Shown: positions 47,134-55,650 of the stretch, piece by piece
Layout: each line of letters opens with the position of its first letter
Position numbering within the stretch: position 1 is the first letter of the stretch
NCBI GenBank assembly: GCA_038204165.1
Contig: JBBRDG010000001.1
Coordinates: 11,191-75,190 of the forward strand
DNA: 64,000 bases
Source: Elusimicrobiales bacterium
Lineage (GTDB): Bacteria > Elusimicrobiota > Elusimicrobia > Elusimicrobiales > UBA9959
Reading direction: 5' to 3'
Translations under genes and position numbers: made by a program
Notes under the pieces: model-generated
Database searches by the model: none
What the model saw: the letters and a program-made list of their open reading frames with translations, nothing else
Told to the model about the DNA's origin: nothing

Positions 47134-48096
47134 TTATTTTTTATCGGCGCCCGCGTCCAGTTCCAGCTCCCCGGCTAATTCCTCGGGCAGAAAGCACAAC
47201 ACCCCCGCCCTGGCCAAACGCCCGTCGCGCCGCATCGCCAGGGAGGCCGAGATAACCCTGTACTCCTGTTCCGGCGGCAGGCAGGAGCTCAGCCCGGCCG
47301 TCACGGCGCCAGGCCCGCCCTTAATCAGCATCGGCACCGAAGGGATGGCGCTTTTCTTTAATGCGTTGATAAGGGGGCTGGTCAACGCGTTCAGGATGAT
47401 ATTTCCTATCTCCATGATCAACGCCTCTTCCACGTCCATGCCGCTGATCCTGTAAACCGGCCCGTCCACAAAACAACTGGAGATGAACCTGATATCCAGC
47501 GAGCGAAAAATCATAGCGGCGGAGAAGGGGATGCTGCCTCGGATATTCACCTGCACGGAGCCCACGGTCGGGCCGAAAGCCGCCAGCTTTACCGCGTCCG
47601 GAATCTTCCCCGTGAAGACGTTTACGTCGCACAATTCCCAGGCCCACGAGGAAACGTCGGCGGTCCTGAGCATGCACCGGCTCAGCCCCCCCGCCGCCAG
47701 GCTCGTGATAGTCTCGTTCTTGCTGCTGTTCATCGGCTTCTGGTGCAGCGCGCTTAAGAAGGCCTTTTCAAAATCTCCCGGCGCGAAAGGCTTATAAATT
47801 ATTCCCGACGCGCCTAAGAGCATCAGCCGCCGGTTCACCCTGTCCTGCTCCACGGCCGTCACCATGATCACCCGCGCCTCGGGGTCCAGCTTCCGGATCT
47901 GTTCCAGCACCTCTACCCCGGTCATGCCGGGCATGATGATGTCGAGCAGCACCATTTCCGGGCGAAGCTCAGCAAAGGCCTTCAGCGCGCCAGGCCCGTC
48001 CTCGGCCTCGCCCGCCACCGTATGCCCCTTACTTTCCAGGATTACACGGATCAGGCTCCTGATATCCGAGCTGTCATCCACAATGAGAACCTTCAT
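47134..48096 (-). CDS. CheY-like receiver fused to a CheC/CheX-like domain
   Basis: Start at ATG 48096. VLIVDDSS, LLDIIMPGMTG and IYKPF. C-terminal EIGNIILNAL...x22...P matches the CheC-family E-x2-N-x22-P signature. Confidence 0.75.
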   Translation of the reverse strand: MKVLIVDDSSDIRSLIRVILESKGHTVAGEAEDGPGALKAFAELRPEMVLLDIIMPGMTGVEVLEQIRKLDPEARVIMVTAVEQDRVNRRLMLLGASGIIYKPFAPGDFEKAFLSALHQKPMNSSKNETITSLAAGGLSRCMLRTADVSSWAWELCDVNVFTGKIPDAVKLAAFGPTVGSVQVNIRGSIPFSAAMIFRSLDIRFISSCFVDGPVYRISGMDVEEALIMEIGNIILNALTSPLINALKKSAIPSVPMLIKGGPGAVTAGLSSCLPPEQEYRVISASLAMRRDGRLARAGVLCFLPEELAGELELDAGADKK

Positions 48097-48125
48097 TAAA
48101 TTCGCCTCACTTCCCCCGCCCACAC

Positions 48126-48136
48126 ATTCTAGCAAA
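48126..48136 (-). promoter_or_regulatory. extended -10 promoter (GTTTGCTAGAAT) of the CheY-CheC-like operon
   Basis: Shares an identical 20-nt block with 43458-43477. Confidence 0.45.
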
Positions 48137-48201
48137 CCCGGCCCCAGGCCCTGCTGCGTATTTTCCTCAATATTATTTTCCCCAGGCCGGCGGCTTCGCT
48201 T

Positions 48202-48229
48202 TTGACTGCGCGGGCTTGTTTAATATAAG
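48202..48229 (+). promoter_or_regulatory. sigma70-type promoter of the DUF3592 gene, near-leaderless
   Basis: TTGACT (48202-48207), 16 nt, TATAAG (48224-48229), 8 nt, ATG 48238. Confidence 0.5.
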
Positions 48230-48237
48230 GTATCTGC

Positions 48238-48744
48238 ATGAGCGCAGGAAGCGGCGGAAGGCAGGGAATCTCTATTTTCAGCCTGGGCAGGCCGGGCAGA
48301 AGCGTCTGGATGTATTACCTGGGCGCGGCCTTTGCCTTTCTAATTGGCCTGGTCTTCCTTAACGACTTCCGCTACGCGCTGGCGGCCCAGAAACTGTGGA
48401 TACCGGCGGCCGGCAGAATAACTGACACAAAAGTGGTCACCTACCATGGCCGTAGAAGCACGTCCTACTCCTCCTACATCAGCTACGCCTACAACGCCAA
48501 TGAATCCATCTATGGCTCCCGGGAAATAGAAGTCTACAAATCAAAGCTCTATTTCAGCGAAGACGGGGCTCGTGAAGACCTGCAGAAGCATTTTCCGACA
48601 GGGAAAAATCTGGACGTTTACTACAACCCTTCGAACCCGTCCGAATCCAACCTGGGGCTGGCCGGCGCTCCCAGCCTGTTCGTTCCGATAATATTCTTCG
48701 TAGTGGCGTTCGGCATAGTCAGCCTGGCACGCCAGGAACGGTAG
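48238..48744 (+). CDS. DUF3592-like membrane protein
   Basis: 168 aa. TM, beta-rich middle (YISYAYNANESIYGS...LDVYYNPSNPSES), then TM. Confidence 0.6.
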   Translation: MSAGSGGRQGISIFSLGRPGRSVWMYYLGAAFAFLIGLVFLNDFRYALAAQKLWIPAAGRITDTKVVTYHGRRSTSYSSYISYAYNANESIYGSREIEVYKSKLYFSEDGAREDLQKHFPTGKNLDVYYNPSNPSESNLGLAGAPSLFVPIIFFVVAFGIVSLARQER

Positions 48745-48774
48745 CCTCTGGGGCAGAGCCATTTTAAGAAAAGA

Positions 48775-48805
48775 AGAACCGCCGGGAAAACCCGACGGTT
48801 CTTTT
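48775..48805. terminator. bidirectional intrinsic terminator (family, 1 mismatch)
   Basis: agAACCGCCGGGaaaaCCCGACGGTTctttt. Confidence 0.7.
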
Positions 48806-48883
48806 CCTGCCTGGGGCTTCAGATCGGCCCAGGAATAGAGGCTGCCCCGGCGTCCGTTCCCGGGCGTTTTTCAGCTACTGTCC

Positions 48884-49414
48884 CTACTGCACGAAATAGC
48901 GCATAAGACCGCCTGCCGTCCTTTCAACCTGCTCCTTGTCGCCGCGCGGGCACTTTTCCGAAATAAGCGCCTTGAATTTTTGTTTCTGTTCCGTTCCGCG
49001 GTCCAGGGCATACACTGAAAATTCGGCGTAAGTAGCCCCGCGCGCGGGCAGCTCCCTTTCCAGGATCGCGCGGTAACTACTGCGGGACGCCAGGAACTGG
49101 CGCTTCAGCTCGGCTGAGTCCCCGCCCTCGCCGCCAAGGGCTTCGAGAAGGGCGGTGCTCTCTTCTATGTCCTCCATAAGTTTCGGGGACGAGCACAGCA
49201 GCGCGGCCAGCGCCGCGCCGGAGTTGCCGGCGCTGCCGGATTTTCCTTCAGCGCCCTTTTCGGACAGCCTGGCAGTTAACTTTATCTGGGCCTTCGCCGC
49301 GGCCTCATCTGCGATTAAAACTTTTTTCTTTTTTTCCTCCACCCTTTCGGCGATTTGTTTGCAGCCGGTGGAAAAGAAGGCGGCGATGACGAGCAGTATG
49401 ATTTTTTTATTCAT
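48884..49414 (-). CDS. lipoprotein, unknown function
   Basis: 176 aa. Lipobox FSTGC. Lies 21 nt downstream of the pilin-like gene. Confidence 0.6.
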   Translation of the reverse strand: MNKKIILLVIAAFFSTGCKQIAERVEEKKKKVLIADEAAAKAQIKLTARLSEKGAEGKSGSAGNSGAALAALLCSSPKLMEDIEESTALLEALGGEGGDSAELKRQFLASRSSYRAILERELPARGATYAEFSVYALDRGTEQKQKFKALISEKCPRGDKEQVERTAGGLMRYFVQ

Positions 49415-49435
49415 TATGTCCCTTACGGAGCGCGG

Positions 49436-49870
49436 TCAGATAAGATCCAGTATGCAATTGGCCTGGGTGCAGGTGGTGACGCCGCTGTTGATGTCGTAAA
49501 TCACGGTATATCGGCCGTACGCCGAAGCCGGGGTAGGCGTCGGATTCCTGGTAGCGTATACGGTTCCATCCTCGTCCAGCATATAAGTGAAAACTTTCTG
49601 GACGCAGCCGCCGGCGCCGGCGCAGGAAACGCCCCGGGAATCAGAGAACGCCAGGTCCAGGTCGCCCCAATTGCTGGTATACCTGCCGTTCTTGGCCATA
49701 ACGCGAGCCTGCGCAGACCTTACCGTGCTGAAGGTACTCTGCGCTTCCGCCAGCCGGGCCTTCTCGACCACCTTAAAATACTGAGGAATGGCTATGCCGG
49801 CCAGAATGCCGAGGATGAGCACTACGACCAGCAGCTCTATAAGAGTAAACCCGCCGCTTTTTTTTTGCAT
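49436..49870 (-). CDS. type IV pilin-like protein (prepilin N-terminal cleavage/methylation domain)
   Basis: 144 aa. MQKKSGGFTLIELLVVVLILGILAGIAIPQY. Confidence 0.9.
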   Translation of the reverse strand: MQKKSGGFTLIELLVVVLILGILAGIAIPQYFKVVEKARLAEAQSTFSTVRSAQARVMAKNGRYTSNWGDLDLAFSDSRGVSCAGAGGCVQKVFTYMLDEDGTVYATRNPTPTPASAYGRYTVIYDINSGVTTCTQANCILDLI

Positions 49871-50031
49871 TTTTATATTCCCGTGAACTCTTCCGGGGAG
49901 CCCCGCCTCAGCTAAGGACTACAACAATGAGCGTTGCGGAGGCAACCGCGCGTCTGGCTTTTACTCCCTCTCGCCGGGACCTGCTTGAATTTATAAATCT
50001 GTTCTTTTATTAAGTTAGCGGCCTGCCTCTG

Positions 50032-50697
50032 TTACGGAATATAGGCCAGGTGCGACTCCATACATACTTCCAGACCGGGCCCGCTATTCTGGTCCGCGGC
50101 ATACCTCCGGCATTCCATCTGGGTCTTAAAAGTGTTGTTCTCGTAAATAGAGACAGACGAGACCATCTCCGGCACGAGGATCTCGAATTTTCCGTTCTTG
50201 TCCCCCACCGCGGTCACGTAAAAAGCTGAACGCCGGAACAGGCCGTTCGTAACGAGCGGAAAAGGCACTGCGGCGCCCTTGCGCCCTTTTATCGTCCCCC
50301 GGAAACGGTTAAGCTTTACCTGTATAGTTTGCGAGAAAGCGCCGCCGACGCGAACCTCCAGGCTCAGGGGCTCGGCCAGCGGGGCGGCCAGCGGCAGCAA
50401 CGCCGAGAAAGTTCCGGAAGCCACAGCCACGTCCCCCTTCGCCACCAATTGTTTCGCCAGATAGACAGCTATAGGCTCGTGGCCGTTCCTGAATCCGTTA
50501 CCGTTCACCATCACTCCGGGAGTATTCCCCACGTCCACAATGTCGGAGCTTATGGGGCTATGCCAGATGGCCACGACTTTAGGATTATTGTTCAGCCAGA
50601 CCCTTATGGACGGCGCGGGATCTCCGGCAAGCAAAGCGCCGGCGGACAGCGAGCCCAGCAAGCTGCAAGCGAGAGAGAACTTGAGAATTTTATGCAT
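50032..50697 (-). CDS. secreted protein, unknown function
   Basis: 221 aa with a signal-like N-terminus MHKILKFSLACSLLGSLSAGALLAG. Confidence 0.55.
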   Translation of the reverse strand: MHKILKFSLACSLLGSLSAGALLAGDPAPSIRVWLNNNPKVVAIWHSPISSDIVDVGNTPGVMVNGNGFRNGHEPIAVYLAKQLVAKGDVAVASGTFSALLPLAAPLAEPLSLEVRVGGAFSQTIQVKLNRFRGTIKGRKGAAVPFPLVTNGLFRRSAFYVTAVGDKNGKFEILVPEMVSSVSIYENNTFKTQMECRRYAADQNSGPGLEVCMESHLAYIP

Positions 50698-50835
50698 ATC
50701 AGTTCGCCATTATCCCTACCGGAGCGGCCCTGGGCAGCGCCTCAACCTCGGCCAGTCAGTCCGATTTGCTCGCCATGTATTAAAGTGAAGACAAACACTG
50801 CGTTCTTCATCCCGATACTCTATTAAACCAAAAAC

Positions 50836-50860
50836 AAAGCCGGCTGGCTTTTCGGCTGAC
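50836..50860 (-). terminator. weak terminator after the receiver gene 50881-51273
   Basis: Minus strand reads AAGCCagccGGCTTtgttttt. Confidence 0.35.
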
Positions 50861-50880
50861 AGCTATCCGCCCCGGCTTTT

Positions 50881-51273
50881 CTAGATCCTGGCAGGAGCAC
50901 CGCAGAAACGGGAAACCAGCGAGAACAGCGGTTCCACCCGAGACGGTTTGCAGAGCACGTCCACTGCGCCAATCGCCCGCAGCTGGCCTTCTGGCACTTC
51001 AATACCCGTGATAATGGCTACCGGAATACCGCAGAGGGCGGGATCGTCCTGCTGCACTTTCCTGAATTCCCAGCCGGTCATTTCCGGCATCATCAGGTCC
51101 AGCAGGATTAGCAGCGGCCGCTTGGCCGAGCTCCGCAGGTAGGACAGCGCCTCCTTGCCGTTGCAGGCCGCGGCCGTTTCATAGCCTTTGCCGGCCAGCG
51201 CCCTGCAGATCAGTTCCCGGACGCTCTTGTCATCGTCAACCACAAGCACTGAGGGCGCAGCCGAGCCGCTCAT
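50881..51273 (-). CDS. single-domain response regulator
   Basis: Start at ATG 51273 (MSGSAAPSVLVVDDDKS...). LLDLMMPEMTG and LCKP. Confidence 0.85.
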   Translation of the reverse strand: MSGSAAPSVLVVDDDKSVRELICRALAGKGYETAAACNGKEALSYLRSSAKRPLLILLDLMMPEMTGWEFRKVQQDDPALCGIPVAIITGIEVPEGQLRAIGAVDVLCKPSRVEPLFSLVSRFCGAPARI

Positions 51274-51377
51274 AGCCGCGCCTCTGCCGGCTGCCGCGCA
51301 ACGCTGTATAACTTTTGGATAAATACCATAGCCCTTTGCCCTCAACCCCCATAATAACAAAAAAAGCGACGTCAGCT

Positions 51378-51414
51378 AAAAAAAAACCGCCCGGGCTTTC
51401 CAGGCGGTTCTTTC
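51378..51414 (-). terminator. intrinsic terminator after the RNase gene (family, 1 mismatch)
   Basis: Minus strand reads GAACCGCCTGGaaagCCCGGGCGGTTtttttttt. Confidence 0.8.
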
Positions 51415-51427
51415 TCGCGGGCGACGC

Positions 51428-52003
51428 TCAGCGCACAATGGACAGTAAAATAAAAGTGGTGTAATGGTCGGGGGTGTAGTAAACCTCCCGGTGGTTGCCA
51501 ATCATCAGGCGCTCTGCTCCGCGGAAGCTCAACACAGCGCCGGTCATATAGGTCTGGCCGCCTATCACTACAGGTTCGGGCTTAGACCCGGTAGGCCGAT
51601 CGGGGACGATAAGGGTATATTCAAGGTAATAGCCGGCGGGCTTGGCAGGCAGGCCCGCGTGAGCCTGGCTGTGGACATTGCCATCGTTTTTATACGGCAT
51701 GGGCTTGCAGACGGCTATCCTGGCCAGCAGGTCGTCTATGGCCCGCACGCGGCGCGCGTCGCTGACCACGGGATTAAAAGTTTTTCCGGGCAGTATCGCC
51801 TGGCTGGGCACGCAAGGCGGATTTTCGTACCTGGCGGTATCCTCAGCAATCGCCGCGGGCGTGGAAACAGAAACTTCTATCTCCGGGATAGAAACCAGCC
51901 CGGAAAGATAATCATAGACCGGCGCTTTGGGCGCGGCGAAAGCTGGCGGCAGGCCAGAGAGAAGCAAAGCTGAGAGCAGGAGCGGGAGGTTTAGTTTTCT
52001 CAT
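51428..52003 (-). CDS. secreted microbial ribonuclease of the RNase Sa/barnase (N1/T1) family, divergent
   Basis: 191 aa with signal peptide. C-terminal PYKNDG...YYLEYTL...RGAERLMIG...EVYYTPDHYTTF aligns to RNase Sa PYSQDG...YYHEYTV...RGTRRIICG...DYYTGDHYATF. Confidence 0.75.
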   Translation of the reverse strand: MRKLNLPLLLSALLLSGLPPAFAAPKAPVYDYLSGLVSIPEIEVSVSTPAAIAEDTARYENPPCVPSQAILPGKTFNPVVSDARRVRAIDDLLARIAVCKPMPYKNDGNVHSQAHAGLPAKPAGYYLEYTLIVPDRPTGSKPEPVVIGGQTYMTGAVLSFRGAERLMIGNHREVYYTPDHYTTFILLSIVR

Positions 52004-52009
52004 AATTAA

Positions 52010-52015
52010 ATTATG
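52010..52015 (-). promoter_or_regulatory. -10 element (CATAAT) of the RNase gene, leaderless geometry
   Basis: 6 nt between the -10 and ATG 52003. Confidence 0.35.
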
Positions 52016-52077
52016 CCTGAAATATTATCAGGGCGAATGGGCAAAAGGGCCCAGGCCGCCGCGGTCTTTAGTCCCAT

Positions 52078-52109
52078 AAAAAAAACCGCCGGGCTGCCCC
52101 GGCGGTTCA
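52078..52109 (-). terminator. intrinsic terminator after the zinc-ribbon gene (perfect family member)
   Basis: Minus strand reads GAACCGCCGGGgcagCCCGGCGGTTtttttttat. Confidence 0.8.
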
Positions 52110-52136
52110 AGTCTTGCTGCCGTTAAACGGCGGCGT

Positions 52137-52718
52137 TTATTTTCCCCGGTTCAGGCCGAAGATGCCGCCTATAAAGAACAGCACGCTGGCAACGGCCACG
52201 CCCGCGGACGGCGCATGTGATACCGCGGACTCCGGGCTGAAATAAAGGTACATCTCATAACTCACCCCGAGGAGTCCGAAGATGGAAAAAGCCGCGTAGA
52301 GAACCGTAATCAAAGGCATCTTAGCCTCCGCCGACGGGGCGGCCGGGGCCGCGGCGGGCCTCTCCACTTTAACTTCGGTAGGTAAGCCGGATACGCCGAG
52401 CAGTTTTTTTACAAGCTCCAGTTCACGCGCGTCCAGCCAGACGCCCCCGCAGGCCTGGCATTTGTCCACTAGCAGGAGCGGGTTCACCAGACCGCCGCGC
52501 GGCATCATGCTCTTGCAGCGCGGGCAGGCGAGGCTTCCCTCCTTTGGGTTGATAAGGCTAAAATCAGACGCAACCGCGCCCTCCCCTTGTTTAAGCAGGC
52601 CTTCCAGTTCGCCCTTGTCGAACCAGATCCCGGAGCAGCCGGGACAGACGTCGAGCGGGATATTTCCAAGCGCAAGGGTCTCTACCAGCGAATCAGAAGA
52701 ACATTTAGGACAATTCAT
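52137..52718 (-). CDS. membrane-anchored protein with two TFIIB-type zinc ribbons
   Basis: 193 aa. CPKC...CPGCSGIWFDKGELE and CPRC...CQACGGVWLDARELE, then two C-terminal TM helices. Confidence 0.7.
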   Translation of the reverse strand: MNCPKCSSDSLVETLALGNIPLDVCPGCSGIWFDKGELEGLLKQGEGAVASDFSLINPKEGSLACPRCKSMMPRGGLVNPLLLVDKCQACGGVWLDARELELVKKLLGVSGLPTEVKVERPAAAPAAPSAEAKMPLITVLYAAFSIFGLLGVSYEMYLYFSPESAVSHAPSAGVAVASVLFFIGGIFGLNRGK

Positions 52719-52840
52719 AATATATGTTTAGAGTCAGTCTCGTCTTTATAAATACCCGGCAAAAAATCAGGCCGTATTATATTTTAACTTTTTAAAGCTC
52801 GAGGCGTGCCAGGTTATATGCGATTCCAAGCGCGGCGGCC

Positions 52841-54460
52841 TCAAAAACCCTCGGGAGCCTCTTGCTCCTCGCTCTGCGCGGCAGGCTTAAGAAGTTCGGC
52901 GCAGCGGTTTTCCTCGTAAAGATTAAGCATTTTTCTGTCCAGGCCCAGCTGTTTTTCCAACGTCCAGCCCGGCACCGAGCTTTGAACCTTGGCCGCCCGT
53001 TGTCCGGCGCTTAGGGCGTTGATTGCCCTGATATTCTCCCTGAATTTTACGCAAGTGGCCACATTGTCTTTCAAAGCTTCGCAACCGTAGCTGTTCTTTG
53101 CCTGAACAAGGCTGGCAGGCAGCTTACCCGGCTCTTTCTCAGCCAGCCAGACATGAGGACAGGCCTGGGACCTCTCGCTTAACGAAAATGTTTTTACGGC
53201 TTTAGCCTTAGCGGGCGTATCGGCGCCCAGATGCTTGCGGTTCGCCAGCAGGATGCTTCGCGCCAGCTTCGCGCGGGCTTTAACCGCCGCGTCAGCAGGT
53301 GCAACCGCACGCGGCTTTACAGACAGAGCCTGCTGAATGAGAGCCTCCTCCAGGCCGGCTTTTGCCTTAGTGTATTCCGGATAGGCCGCCAGCAGAGCGG
53401 AATAAGCGGCCACCGCCTTTACGGGGGCCGGGACTATTTGCTTTTTTGCTTCAGCAGCCTGCACTTCCACAGCCTGTATCTGCTCCAGCCTCTCCAGCGC
53501 TTTCTGCGAATACGCTGAGGCCCGGACATCCCGGGAGGAATACAAGTTGCCGGCCACGAAAAAGTCACCGTCGCCAAACTTAAGCTCGGCGAGCCTGAAC
53601 TTGGCCTCGGGGTTCATCGCGTCGTCCGCGCGGGACAGGCTCAGGAATTTTTCATAGCTTTCTATGGCCCCGGACCGGTCGCCATGCCCGGCCTTGATAT
53701 TTCCTATATATAGCCGGCTGGTCACCGCTTCGGTGCTTCGGGGAGATTTCAGGATCAGCTGTTCATAGGCGGCGAGCGCCCTGGTATTATCGCCGATCCT
53801 CTCCAGTTTGGAAGCCTGTCTCAAGCGGTACCAGCTGCCATTAAGGACCACCTGATACCCCGCGCCGGCGAGCGCCAGCCCCAGGCAGAAGACCACAAGC
53901 GTCTTGACCTTTGAACCCGCTGTTTTTTTAATGGGCTCTTTCACCGGCTGGCTTTCAGGCATTTCCACTTCCGGCTGAATGGCCACAGGCTCGGGGCCTG
54001 GCACTTCAGGCGACACAGCGGCCGGTGGCTCGGGCAGCGCCGCCAAAAATTCAGGGAGAGACACCGGCGGTTCGGGCAAGGCCGCCGGAAGTTCCGGCGC
54101 CGCCACCACCGGCACAGGTTCAATTATAGCGAGCTGTTCAGAAACCTGCTGCGCTGGCGGTAGCACTATCTCGGGCTCTATGTCCGGCGCCGCGGCGGGA
54201 GCCTCGGGCAAAGCTTCCAGTTCGGGTTTGGGCCAGCCCATGGCGTGGCGTTCTGGCGGTTGCGGTACGGCGGGGCTGCCGGGCCCGGCCTCTTCGCCTG
54301 CCGGGGCGTCCGGGATCTCCGGCGAAATAGTTATATTTTTTTTAGCGGCGGGCGGTATGGGAAAATCCTTCAGTAGTTCGGAATCAAAGGCGCGCCCCTC
54401 CAGCCTCAGCAGGATGTCCTTGATATTTTGCAAACCCTGGTCCAGATCGTCTTCCCGCAT
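52841..54460 (-). CDS. membrane-anchored Pro/Ala/Glu-rich TPR-like repeat protein
   Basis: 539 aa. PE/PA-rich N-terminal half, one TM (LVVFCLGLALAGAGYQVVL), then TPR-like helical repeats. Confidence 0.6.
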   Translation of the reverse strand: MREDDLDQGLQNIKDILLRLEGRAFDSELLKDFPIPPAAKKNITISPEIPDAPAGEEAGPGSPAVPQPPERHAMGWPKPELEALPEAPAAAPDIEPEIVLPPAQQVSEQLAIIEPVPVVAAPELPAALPEPPVSLPEFLAALPEPPAAVSPEVPGPEPVAIQPEVEMPESQPVKEPIKKTAGSKVKTLVVFCLGLALAGAGYQVVLNGSWYRLRQASKLERIGDNTRALAAYEQLILKSPRSTEAVTSRLYIGNIKAGHGDRSGAIESYEKFLSLSRADDAMNPEAKFRLAELKFGDGDFFVAGNLYSSRDVRASAYSQKALERLEQIQAVEVQAAEAKKQIVPAPVKAVAAYSALLAAYPEYTKAKAGLEEALIQQALSVKPRAVAPADAAVKARAKLARSILLANRKHLGADTPAKAKAVKTFSLSERSQACPHVWLAEKEPGKLPASLVQAKNSYGCEALKDNVATCVKFRENIRAINALSAGQRAAKVQSSVPGWTLEKQLGLDRKMLNLYEENRCAELLKPAAQSEEQEAPEGF

Positions 54461-54466
54461 ACTTAT

Positions 54467-54477
54467 ATTTTAGCAAA
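54467..54477 (-). promoter_or_regulatory. extended -10 promoter (TTTTGCTAAAAT) of the TPR gene, leaderless geometry
   Basis: 6 nt between the -10 and ATG 54460. Confidence 0.45.
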
Positions 54478-54545
54478 AGGGTCCCGCCGCCTTTCCCAGC
54501 AAAAAACCGCGCGGGGTTACGGCTTTGTCTACGCACCGGAAAATG

Positions 54546-54554
54546 TGCGAGAAT
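54546..54554 (+). promoter_or_regulatory. extended -10 promoter (TGcGAGAAT) of the amidinotransferase-like gene, leaderless geometry
   Basis: 6 nt between the -10 and ATG 54561. Confidence 0.4.
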
Positions 54555-54560
54555 ATAGGT

Positions 54561-55568
54561 ATGCCGTCCATGAAAAGCGACAAAACCAAAAAATCACCGC
54601 ACCGCGCTCTTCCGAGAGGACTTACTTCCATGAACTCCGACATGCATCACCGTGAAATCATCCTGCTGGGCCTGCCGCCCGTAACGCCCGAAGTTAAAGG
54701 CATGTGGCACAAAGGCTACCCGGTGCACAAGGGCGAGACCGAAGCCAGCGTCAACTTCGCTACCCTCTACGCCAAGAAGCAGGGCATCGTTCCCGATCAG
54801 GACCTGCTGCGCCGGGAATGGCTGAACTTCGTGGACACCCTGCTGCTCGCCGGGTTCCACCTGCACATTATTCCCTTTCCCGAAGGGCTCAACCGCCCGG
54901 ACAGCCTTTTCCACGACGCCGTCTTCATCCGTGACGGCGGCATGATCTTCCGAAGTATCTGGATCAAGGGGCGCTTCAGCGTGAAGGACCGCGTCACCGA
55001 GGGCGAGTTCCACTCCCAGCTGATCTCTACCAAGCTGGGGAAGACCATCGTTACTCCCCCGAAGGACGCGTTCCTGGAGGGCGGCGATATTAATTTCATC
55101 AAGACCGCGGGCGGCAGCTATTACTTCGGAGGCCTGTCGCGCTCCAACAGGATTGGCCACGACTTCGTGCGCGACATAGTCCGCCCGGACAACTATATTT
55201 TGATCGAGTCCGACGGCTACCACCTGGACACCGTCTTCACACCCGTGCTCGCCGCCGATAACAGCCTGGCCGCGCTGATCATAGCCGCCGAAAGCATAAA
55301 GCCCAAGAGCATGGCGCAGATCCGCGAGCTGGGGATCCCGGTGATAGAAGTGTCGGCGCAGGATTCTTCCGGCGACGGGGATACGCTAGGCGATTACGCC
55401 GTAAACGCGCTGATCGCCCCGGGCGTAATGGTCAACTGCAGCCTTTTCTCCACGCCTGGCGTGGAAGAGAAGCTCAAGAAGCTGGACATCCAGCGCTTCG
55501 TGGCCCCGCTCACCAGCTTCAAGTACGCCGGCGGCTCCGTCCACTGCCTCACCAACGAGATCTACTGA
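54561..55568 (+). CDS. guanidino-group-modifying enzyme superfamily protein (amidinotransferase/DDAH/arginine deiminase-like)
   Basis: Start chosen at ATG 54561 (the track start 54525 is TTG). C-terminal GGSVHCLTNEI carries the superfamily catalytic Cys motif. Confidence 0.6.
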   Translation: MPSMKSDKTKKSPHRALPRGLTSMNSDMHHREIILLGLPPVTPEVKGMWHKGYPVHKGETEASVNFATLYAKKQGIVPDQDLLRREWLNFVDTLLLAGFHLHIIPFPEGLNRPDSLFHDAVFIRDGGMIFRSIWIKGRFSVKDRVTEGEFHSQLISTKLGKTIVTPPKDAFLEGGDINFIKTAGGSYYFGGLSRSNRIGHDFVRDIVRPDNYILIESDGYHLDTVFTPVLAADNSLAALIIAAESIKPKSMAQIRELGIPVIEVSAQDSSGDGDTLGDYAVNALIAPGVMVNCSLFSTPGVEEKLKKLDIQRFVAPLTSFKYAGGSVHCLTNEIY

Positions 55569-55588
55569 CGCTCACTGCCGCGCAAAAG

Positions 55589-55625
55589 GAACCGCCGGGC
55601 TCTCCCGGCGGTTCCGCTTTTTATA
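55589..55625. terminator. bidirectional intrinsic terminator (perfect family member)
   Basis: GGAACCGCCGGGctctCCCGGCGGTTCCgcttttt between convergent genes. Confidence 0.8.
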
Positions 55626-55650
55626 CAGCCTGCGCCGCCCCCGCGCTGGG

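Noticed and set aside
51428-52003. My first reading was that the RNase had lost its catalytic glutamate (NRE to QAH).
   Set aside because: On re-alignment, the NRE loop is the base-recognition loop (Sa Glu41, barnase Glu60). The catalytic Glu (Sa Glu54, barnase Glu73) aligns with the conserved E of YYLEYTL, so the enzyme is probably active.
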